A stretch of DNA of 32,287 bases, taken from the NCBI GenBank assembly GCA_964200185.2, contig CAXNAD020000072.1, forward strand, positions 1-32,287, read 5' to 3'. Under the pieces are notes generated by a model. The model worked only from the letters and a program-made list of their open reading frames with translations. It had not been told where the DNA came from and did no database searches. This stretch comes from Choristocarpus tenellus KU-1152. Its lineage: Eukaryota > Protista > Phaeophyceae. Of this stretch, positions 1-10,900 are shown one piece after another. Position 1 is the stretch's first letter; the number at the start of each line of letters is the position of its first letter. The translations under genes were made by a program, and so were the position numbers.

Positions 1-679
1 GGAGTTGAGTTGTGCTTTTCTCCCCCGCGGGGGGCCCCCCCCCGGTTGTCCCCCCCCCCCGGGGGGAAAAGGGGGGGGGGGGGGGGGGGGGGGTGGTTGT
101 CCATTTGGAGCTAAAATTTTCATGTCACAATTTTTGGGTGATTTGGTTCCATACATTGGATGGATAATGAAAGTGCACCTTTCCTGGTGTTGGTCCAAAT
201 GGACACTTTGGTGAAGACCCCCCCCCCCCCCCCCCCCCCTTTGTTCTTCCCTTATTTAAGAGGCCCCTCGTTCTCCTTTCTTCCTTTTTTTTTTTTTTAT
301 TTTCTACATTTTTTACATTTTTTGCTTCCTCTGCTATACAACCTTTGAATTACTGGTTTGAGAAAATCAAACTTAATATGTAGTATAAAATACAAGAACA
401 CTTTAAATGTAAGAACAACTCCCACTACATAGATGTTTTTGCACTTGAGATGAATTTGTTTTCACCTCTACAGACACAGGAAATTCAAAATGCACATTTC
501 ATCTAACCCCAAATCATGTGATCAGACCAAGTCATACATGTATTTAGAGATCCTACCACTTCTTTTCCAACACATGATTTCTTTGAGTGAGATTTCGTTC
601 TGTATTTCACAAAAAAATACTCCTTGAAATGGTTCAGTCATAAAGAGTAGGGGGTCGGAGAAAGGAGAGTTGAGCAAAT

Positions 680-696
680 AACCCTAACCCTAACCC
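680..696. repeat. Interstitial telomere-type array (CCCTAA)n
   Basis: aaccctaaccctaaccc. Confidence 0.9.
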
Positions 697-831
697 ATAA
701 AGCAAATGTCCTATCCTAGAACTTGTGGTACATTGTAAGGAGCAACATGCCTGGAGCAATCTTCTGAGATCATTCCCCAGAGGATGAACCACAGAGAGTC
801 AATTGTTAGGCCTTGCAATAATGTGTAATTA

Positions 832-846
832 TTAGGGTTAGGGTTA
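832..846. repeat. Interstitial telomere-type array (TTAGGG)n
   Basis: ttagggttagggtta. Confidence 0.9.
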
Positions 847-1693
847 TTCAAAGGCGGGACAGTCAAAGCGGAGAGTAAAAAAATGTCCAACAGAACTTCG
901 AAATGGTATATCTGAGGCCCATCTCTATCCTGCCCCCCTCCCTCCCCTAGTCTATGAGCTAAATGTGTAGGGTAGGTGAAGTGCTGTACAGACCTTAAAA
1001 AAACACAATGATGGGACAAGAGGACCTACAATGCATATAATGCATAGCAGTCTTCCAGCATGGCTGGATTTCTCACCCATTGAATAATGGATAGATTCCT
1101 ATTTCTTGTGCTTTGAAAGAAGGCAGTATCAAGGAAGAAGGGACAAGGCTTAGGGGAAGGGGAGCAGAGACATGAGGAGTATATCTATGTAGACAATACT
1201 AGATCCTCTGAGCCTCCATTGTCCCCCTGCCCCTCCCCCTTGAGAGGGATGTCAAGTTGTTCAAGTGGAAATCACTGTAGGCAATGTAGAACAAGTTGAT
1301 TATGAAGGGCACTTGTAGGGATGTACACATGATAAAAATAATCAAAAGTGGTGTGCAAGAACCAGGCAGGTTGCAGCAACACCAAGGTCTACCAAATGAA
1401 GTAAGAAAAATCCTCAAAACGAAGTAGCAGTCACTGTTTATGATTCTAGATACAGGAAAGTGGAACCGTGCAAGTGGTGTACTATAAATAACAGTAAATA
1501 TTTTTTTTATTGATCCCAGTTCACAAAGTCACTTCACCAATCAATGCTTTTGTATCCCTTCTACTGAACACCATGTCACCAGCAGTTTCAAGATCAAGGG
1601 GAGAAGGGTCATGGAGTCAAAACAGAGTTTCAAGTCATTGTCCAGCGACAAAGTAATAGACTGGAACATACACCACAGATATAATTTTTTCAC

Positions 1694-1935
1694 CTGAATC
1701 TTGACAGGATGATTGCATTGTTTGCGCTGTTGGTAGGGTCCAAAGGTTGGGGAAAGAGGCCTTCTCTTCCAACAGATATATAGGCGTTTCCTACATCTGC
1801 CTCCAACTCTGCCCCCACGGGACTCCCGGTCCCTTGACTGACTGGATCGTGCCATTGTTCCTTGGGCATACATTCATCGCCACGCCAAAGACCAAGACCT
1901 CTTCTCAACAACTCCCTGCAGACTAGGCTGTAGAA
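1694..1935 (-). CDS. HECT ligase exon: HECT N-lobe (FYSLVCRELLRRGLGLWRG...GLFPQPLDP...SRFR)
   Basis: CAG acceptor 1936-1938; AG|GTGAAA donor at 1693; phase 0 to 2; diagnostic TRIP12/UPL3 HECT motifs. Confidence 0.93.
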
Positions 1936-4900
1936 CTGGCCCAAAACAGAACAAGACAGCATGGAGACAATCCACAGGATTATTCATAGAAATATATCAT
2001 AATAAACCAAGTAGGAGTTAGCTTTGGCGTTATGGTAATGATAACAGTGTGGGTTCTGAATACCTTAAAAATATTTTGAAAGAGAAGTGCCCTTGGAAGA
2101 AGTGTATACCAATCTTGACCTTTTTTTCCTTCATGTTACAATACAACGTTTCTGATAAAGTGTTTGTGATACGATGGATTTACCTTGTAACAATATTATG
2201 GCAATTTCCTTGATACTGTAGTCCTGCAAAACTGACTGGCACTTTTTGAATGGTTTCAATTGCCAGCATTGACAATTTTTCACCCTTTCTCATAGTATGG
2301 TGACTCACCATTGAACTACTGAGGAAATACACCACGACCTTTGTTGTGATGTGGACACCTCAAACGATCTCCTCTTATGGACTCGCGGACAGTCCCTGTC
2401 AATCTACAACTCTTTGTATCTCTGCATAAGTACTGTCTCAGGTTGTGATCATTTGATACACTCTTATTCCAGTCATATATGGTAGCCTGTTAGACCAATC
2501 CATTGTTGCTATATTCGCACCTCAAGTGTGGGCCCAGTACCGTGACCTGTCTCTCCCTCAAACTCCACCAGTAGCATGGACTCCATGTCAGCAAGAGTCT
2601 GGAAAACACAATTGTGATGTGTGGGGTATAACTTGTAATCTTCCCATAGAGATCCCAACTCTCAACAGATGAACCAATGTTGAAAAGGATACCAACAAAC
2701 ACCCATGTACTTGAATCGTCGCCTTTCAAATGTGATCGTGAGATACTACTGTAGTCTTTTGCATATGAAACAAGACACACAAATTGAAAATGATGCTCAG
2801 ATCAAAAGGGTACAGATTGAAACAAACAATACTTTTGTCTAACAATTCACAGCGGCTAACAACCTTGGCCTGCACAGCCAGGTATGATTACAGACCACTC
2901 CATTTGGTTCAACCACAAAGCACAAGTTTCAAGTTTTCACACAACTCCCCCCACAACACCAGAGAGGAACAAACCAAAGCCCACGGAGGGGAAAACAATA
3001 GAGAGCCCGTCCCCTCTCCCTGATATTTCACGAACCTGACGTCGAGCAATTCTAGGAATATCTTCCCCTCCTACGCCTCCCCTATCTCCTCTATGACTCG
3101 AGCTTCTACCAGCCTCAGACCCAGCCCCAGCACCACTGCTCCCCTTCTCGGCAAGGAGCAAATCCTTCTTTGTTACTCTGTAAAGTCCACCTTCACCTTC
3201 CACATCCATTGCATCATCGCCACCACCTCCATTAGCCCCTCCCCCCCACCCCCCAGATTCCACCTCACCACTACTTTCCTCATCTTCAGACATTTCATCA
3301 CCTTCAGATGCCCCCTCGCCCCTCTCTAATCCGGTCACTCCTTCCTCTTCATCCTCATCTGCCCTACTGTCCAAGATATCCTCAGAATCCAGTTGAACAT
3401 CTACATCATTGTCGTCCTCATCCGAGCCCTCCTCTCCTTCCCCGTCCCCACTCCCCTCGTTCTCTTTGCTATCCTCATCTCCACCGTCCACCTTCACCTC
3501 CTGCTCCTCCAAAATTTGTTCCTCACCTCTCTCCCTCCCTCCCCCTCCAACATCCCAATCCTCATCTTCCTCTTCCTCTCCACTCTGGTCAGATTCCTCA
3601 GCCAATATACCTTCACACCTGCTCCTTAGCACCATCATTGAACTCCCCCCACCACATGCATTACTTCGTCTACCCTGACCACTGCTGCCTGCAGGAGGCA
3701 ACATCTTCCTATCAGTCTTCTCACCCTGCCTTCTGGTGCCCTCCCTTGCCCCTGCAAAAGATCGTGATCTTCCTGCACCAGCACTGGTTCCAACATCATC
3801 CCTTGTCCCAGCACCTGAGCTTGATTGGGACTCATCCCCTGGCCTGTCTGACCTTGTAAGGACAGGAGCGGGGGGGGAACCAGATCTTTGGGTAGGGAGG
3901 GAGGTCCTGGGATCGGCAGACCTCACCGCAGTGGGATCGCCCTTGACAAGGAGAGTGAAAAGAAATTCTGCCATGTCTAATATGGCATCTCTCGATAAAA
4001 GCACCTATTGTAGATTTTTTGGGATCAGAGTTAACGATTTGGGGGGTAGAATGGGGAAGGGGTTGCATAGTATCAAGAGCAAGGCTGCACTATTTCCTGA
4101 CATAAATGTTCTACTTTCAAAGGTACTGGAGATACAGATTCTACTACACATTCTACTCCAGGTAAATGTTCTATACTACACAGTGTTACTTATTGGCAAG
4201 AATTTAGGAACCTCAGGAATTTGGGAACCTCTATACCACTGTCACTCTTGTATAGCAGTGAAGTATGGTACCAATACAAAGCCAAGGTGGACTATCATCC
4301 TGCGACATTCCCCTTATGGTCTTCCAAGTTGTGCAGCACTCTGTTAGGTTAAAGTTCACAAAAGGGCTTTCAGATGATCACACTACTATTATTGTCCTAT
4401 GCCATACATACTCTTTCAGCTGATACAACTTGAGTTAAGTGGAGGGATAGACTTGCTAAGTACTCCAAGCAAAGTAAGCTGTGTAGAGGAATCATCAATT
4501 TTGAGATATACAACACAACAGCAGGTAACACAAACACATGTTCTTGATGCAATGCAGTTAAGATTCACTAGGCACAAGTTTTTGGGGGTATGCCCCCTCA
4601 ACTGGTATTAAGGACATGTCATCTTGAGAATGAGTACTAGCATGGGTGAAAAATCAAAGGGGACTCTACGCACTGGAAACATATGATGCACAGGGTTGTC
4701 GGGAGGTTTAGACAGATCTAAAGACAGCTCTGTGAGAAAGGTCGACACTAATAGTTCTTACCATTGATGCCCAGACCAAAGGCAAATGTTCACATAGTGC
4801 CATAGTCGAGAGATGGTTCAAGGAGGACAAAGTCGACTCCACATCCAAAACAAGGTTAAGTATGCAATGTACTTGATTTTGCCCTTGTATGCTAGTGCAT

Positions 4901-7900
4901 GCTTCTCGATAAAAAACACAACATAAAAAAATCACCTGGTTCTTGATAGTGCAATACACTCACCCAGATAACAAGGGGCTCACTGTCTCATCTTGAACGC
5001 TAGAATTAAAAAAATGAACATCGACCCTTGAAGCACTTGTGCTTCCTCTATACATTAGTATCTTACGCCCTAAAACTTACACAAGAGCATTGTTAACCTA
5101 TAAACCTTTGGAGTGAATGGAGTACTATGTGCTACTTTGAAGCAATGATGACACACCAGAAGTGACAACGAAGGAGATCATACTGAATGACACACACACA
5201 CACACACACAGGAAAGAAACCCCCTTGTGTCCTAACCCTCAGAAATACTGTAGTGTTACATATTCAGAATCTACTCTCACCGTTAGACGTCCCAACCTTC
5301 CCAGTTGACTTAAGTAATCGGATAATGGTACTGCCACCTCCTGCCTGGGACTGCCTTCAAACAACACATGACGATGGGTCAGGCCATCGGCACCCTGGCC
5401 ATCACCCACCCCCCTACTTTCACTACCCTCTCTGCCTGAAGACGAGGTGTTGTCAGCTTCCTCTACCTTCTTTGCAGCATCCTGTTTTTCTTGCAAGCAA
5501 TCGGCAGTTTCACTTTAGGGTCAAGTCTAGATATTTGTGTAAAATCAAGAAGCATGAGTATACCCTTGGAGAGAAATAAGATAAGGGTGAGACTAAGTTG
5601 GGAGGTAGGAGACAGGTTTAGGGTTACGAGTAGATTGCACATGATGTTATCAATGAAGTCAAGGGTTAGGGAGGGCATTAGGGTAAGGGATGAAGACGAG
5701 GACCCAGAGATTGGATTCTTGCTACCAACAAAACACAGTCAAGTTCATTCAAGTGAACCCTGTCCACAAAGTCTTGGGGAAGTGCATTGTGGGTGGCAAC
5801 TCCAAGCATTGCTGTGTACAAATACATCTATTTTACAAGAATGCAATATTAGAAAATGTTGTTTCCAACATCTTCCGGATTAGTGAAACTGGCAAGAAAA
5901 AAAATAATGTTCTTCAAAATGATACCATGAAGTCATGTATGACTTACAAACTTAGGGTATCTTGGAGTTGTGAAATATCATCACCATATACCTTGGGATT
6001 TTGGCTTGTAGGTGCACTGGACTGGGGCAAGAACATATATTTTCTGGTTTGCCTGTACGTAATGAGAAAATCAACACCTTTATACATAATATTTGACATT
6101 TTGAATGAACAAATCAAAGTTAGCCCTAACCCTAACCCTTGACACCTTCGTGAAAGGAATAGCTATCTTTCTCTGATACAACCAGTAACTTGCCTGAACA
6201 TGTGTTACTGCCCTGGCCATCCCAAATGCAGTTCTCCGCATAAGAGTCAGGCGTGCTTCAAGCGAGAAGAGTCCAGGAAATGTTTCCGTGAGGGCTCTGA
6301 CCCAGGGGGGCATTGCCTGTGCACATACTGTTAATGGGTCCAATGCCTGATGATTTGGCAAAAGAAGACACCATGCAGGCAGGATGAACAGGCGGGGGGG
6401 AAGCGAGGTTATCCTGTAATCTCTTCATATGTTTCTCTTCATTTGTTTCTTAAGTTGAACAAAAATTACTGACAGAAACTCCTCGACCAAATTCTTCTCA
6501 CTTGTGCAATATATACTGTGGGGGAATGAGCTATTTGATAGCCAAATTGATAGGTGGGCCATAAGTTGAGGTAGAGTTGAGGAGTTATTATTCATGCGAA
6601 TTATTTATGAAACAGACAAATTGTTTCAATCTGCTAAAGGTGAAAGCGGGTGATTCTTAATCTGGAGGCCACCTCTCTCAGCATACCACCAAACTGTGAC
6701 CAAAAATGTTAACTAAGAGAAGGGGATAAATATTCTCTTGAGCTACATACGGTTGTGATATATTGTGACACCAGAGAATTGGCATCAGGGAGGTAAGAAT
6801 ATGTAGAAGTATGGATGTTTCACATATTACAAAAATTGGATACAACTTAAGTAAAGGAAGACAAGATATTCAATTTTGAAAATTGCAAAAAACGGAGTTT
6901 TGGAAACTATTCTTTTTTGAAGGTGACACTTCCAGTGCAGCTGCCCCCTAAGAGGCCACTCTCCTACAAATTGCCCCTCGTCTTCACCTGGCGCATGATA
7001 ATCCGTTGTAGACCTTTCACAATGCAATGGCTCCCAATATCCTTGGCTACTGATGGATGGAGGGTTGGAAGGATTGCATCGTTCATGCCAGAGCTCACCA
7101 GCCTAGCAGAAAACCACATAACATCAGACAAAAATGTTTGTTTGGGGGGAGGGGAGTAAGGGGTGGGGGGTGGGGGGGGCTTGGGGAATTGTGCATGCTA
7201 TATAGGGGAGGGACACACACACCTGTTTGTATGTTGTATTTTGTCCTCGGAATATATGTGCCCTGTCTTTGAATCAGGAGGAAAGCACAAATCACAAACG
7301 AAAAATCATAGCTCAAAATTTACCACATACATGAAGAGATAGGTGTTCTGTTCCATGTTGGTTGTGTAGAGGGCGAGTATGATGACTCATGCTAAGCAAT
7401 GTTACACCTTACTACACACCAACACCAACTCAAACATTGCTTATCGCCAAACTTGATGCAAGTCCTCCAGCCTCCTCCTAAACCAACCAACTCCTATGAA
7501 TATTGAGACGGAAAAACTTGTATTTCACACTCCAACTCTATGCCCTCCCCCTCCCTCCCCACCCCTCAACAAGAGTGTTTTCTCACCGAGTCCTCACTGA
7601 ACCCCACTCCTCACAAAGTGCCTGCAAAGCTGCCAGGAGACACAGATACACAATCTTCCCTGACCCCGCCCCCCGCCCCAAACCCACTCCAGGTATACCA
7701 CTGTCTCTGCTTGCACCCCATGTTCCTCTACTACTAGCGACGAAAGACTCTGGGTGCCACTGCCCAGATGGGCCACTGTGTAGCCCCAAGTTCAGCAAGC
7801 AAGAGTTGATATACATTAGTCGTGCGTCAAGCGTTGACCACGTGGGTGGAAGCACAACTGGATGGGCAAAAAAAGTGTGGGTTATGTTGGGTCTTCTTGG

Positions 7901-10900
7901 CTCAGCAGCAGCCTGATCCCTGCCACATTCTGGACCAGGAACACCTGCGGTGGTACTAGTGTTTACCCCAAGTCCTGCCTCTGTCCAATTCCTGTGTTGA
8001 TCTGGACCTGATGCCTTGGGCTTAGGTGCCAAAGCTATAGCGAGGGAAGCTCCTTCCTCAGTCATTGCTGCCCCTGCATCCTGTGGCAGTTGATCTTGCC
8101 TTCCCATGGCCCTCCCCTTCTCAGCCCTTGGTCGCACCTCATCATCATGATCTCCAGCTGTAGTCTTGAGATCTGGGTCAGCTTCAGCCACTGTAGGTAC
8201 AGGGTTGTTATGCAACATCTCCTTACACTGAGCGGTGCTTGCGGATGATTCCGGCATTGCCATCACAGGTGCATGTTGCTCAGGACGGGAGTGTCTCTTC
8301 TGAGCCATGGAAAAGTGTAAGGTGACAGTCCGAGACCACTGGCCTTCAGGTACCTCAGTGGAGAGGTGTTGGTTGTTGCCTTTGGACTGTCTGCTTTTGT
8401 AGTGAAATGAAAAATAAAAGAATTCCACCAAAGAGAGAGGTATGGGCTTAGGGTTAGGGTTAGTGTTGTGATACGAATAAAAATCGACACTTGAAATGAA
8501 AAATAAAATAAAATAAAATGCTCTTGTTCAGTTAGGTCAGTTGATGTACAATGATGTCGCCGGGACTGACGTACTTTAAAGGGACAAATAGTCAGGAGAA
8601 AAAAAATGAAACACTTCATGAATGACTATAGCAACTTAAGACATGCTTGAAGATTTTCCTCTGAGACTAGACCATTGTTTTATGTTGGGTTGTTGGATAG
8701 GTGTTGTTGTGCATTGGTATTCAAAAGCTACAGCAAGTTACAAGTCCACACTAGCACAGTGCATAGAACTATCCACATTGAACTTGACATTCCCATTACT
8801 GTCATATTTTGCAAGCTTCACACTTTCAGCACAAGTTGGACCCCATAAAGTACAGCGGACACTACTGAACTCAAGCACCATGATTCACAATGAAATAGAC
8901 TTACTCCCCACTGATATCATCTAAAAACTACGGCAACTACATGAACTCCTTCTCGGTGGGGTTATTGATGTAGGGACCCTGACTGAAAGTTGTGATAGAG
9001 TGGTAGTAATGGGGCCTGTGTGTTCACTTTGCCTGCACTCCTAGACCTCTGACCACCTCCATTTCACCACGTCATGATGTGTGTACCTCTGTGAATTGGA
9101 CATTTTCAGCCTACTTTCCAAAAATCCCCAAATCATTTTGGTCAACTCTGCATGCTCCTGGTTATTAAGACAGAATTTCAATATTTTCACTGAGTGGTCT
9201 CTCCGCTTCCTCTCTCTCTCTCCAACATCTCTTTCCAATATCTCCACATTCTTTGTATAGAAGCCTAACCATCCATAATTTCTTCCCAAGGCTTGAAGGA
9301 AGAACAGAACTGATGAGACTATCGCATGAAGTAATGTGGAGTGGAGGAAGTAATAGATAAGATGACACCACGCAAACATCAATCGGCATGAGAGAGTTGA
9401 GCAGAACGCCACCAGACCCAATAGAGTGCACACAATTCAGGTTGACGTTGTTCAAAGTCTCCACTTGTTCCAACGCACCTGATGAGAATATCAGGCAACC
9501 AATCCCCTGTCCTCCATGCAATCATTATTTTATGCCCCTACATCTTGTCACAGTTGACATACATCATTGCAACTTCCACCGCCATCTCCGTCCCCATCAT
9601 CACTAGTGGGACTTTGTGTTGCAAGTCTAGGTTTGACCCCGAAGGGCTGGACTGGGTAATATGTATACCGTAGATTGTATTGATATTGTAACAAACGCAT
9701 GCTTTCACAAAAATAAAATAAACATGTTCCAGAAAGAAAAGAGAAGCAGAGAGACGCTCTCTGCTTTCAGATTCACACCAAAAACACAAAGGCCATGCAC
9801 AACAAAATAGTCTCGGTAACACCATAGTACGTCATTCAACTGTTGTCACTCACCCCTCCACATCCACTCCACAATGGTTCACCCTCCCAACGCTTGCCAG
9901 CGTGTGCTTATGAAGTAGGACCTGCACTGCCTCAAAGAAAGTCGCACCTGACCGTGACAGCGAATGTTAAATACAACAACAAGAGCAAAAGCAATGGGTT
10001 GTGGTCCAGGTCTCATTTTGGTGGATATGTCCAAACACATTAATATGAGCACGTGGAACCTCAGTGAACAGGTACAAGAACTAAAAAAATGAGTGATTTG
10101 CAATTGACGTCTGTGAAGGCGCATACCTGACCCCACTGTATGTTTCCCAAAGGTAAGTGAGCAGGGGTGGTGGTAAGAAATCAGTAGTTTACAGAAGAAC
10201 ACATTGACACACTCACCTCAAATGAATTCATGCCCCCCTATACTTCCATTACCTCCCTCACCACATGCATATGAGTAAGCTCTTGCTGATGTAGGGAAAT
10301 GCGCAACCCTTCAAAAATGTGTAAAAAAAAATGCCTTGCTTTCATGGGACCTCACAGATGACCATTACCGCCCTCCATGTAATGCAAATCTTACTAACTT
10401 GTTTAAGCACATACAAAAGAGATGTCTCACAACAATGCTCAAAAGCATCACAGCATATTTGTACAACCAACCTTCAGGCACATCTCCCCCAGAGAGGTCC
10501 ACCTCAACAGCAACAGCAGCCCCAGGATGTACTGTTGTAGAATCCGCTGCAGCGCTGCTTTCCCCCGCAGGTGTTGTCCACTTGCACCCTAGTGACCAAC
10601 AAAGCTGGGGGAAACTGTTCAAGACATTGATGCTACTCCTACCACCTTCCCCTCCATCGCCTCCCCCCCCCCCTCCTGCTTTTGCCCCTCTCCCAGGCCG
10701 GTTGCTGCTAGCACCACCACTTCTGGCACTCCTGCTACTTTCACAATTCGATTGTGAAAAAGTAAAACAAAACGTTTAACATGCCCAAAACCAGTAGAGC
10801 ACACCAGAGGAAACAAACAGGTGGCAAAGCGAGAGGGGAGAAGGGTATGAAATATTCACAACGATGAAAAACATTTCATTGGCTGATGGCTCAATGCCGC

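Noticed and set aside
1-1693. Search for the remaining HECT exons (LG..AKA, C-lobe with catalytic Cys)
   Set aside because: No matching frame was found on the minus strand; the gene presumably continues beyond the window, so it is not called a pseudogene
3093-4347. Several long plus-strand ORFs (also 7503-7916, 10336-10779, 15294-15740, 30139-30595)
   Set aside because: Antisense shadows of low-complexity minus-strand exons; Pro/Ser/Leu-rich with no domain signal
9041-9433. Minus-strand ORF with a possible exon 9087-9291 (ALGRNYGW...SNSQR)
   Set aside because: It starts in phase 1, but exon 9854-9947 ends in phase 2 and joins 8390 directly with family-like spacing between FEAVQ and WSRT; no motif
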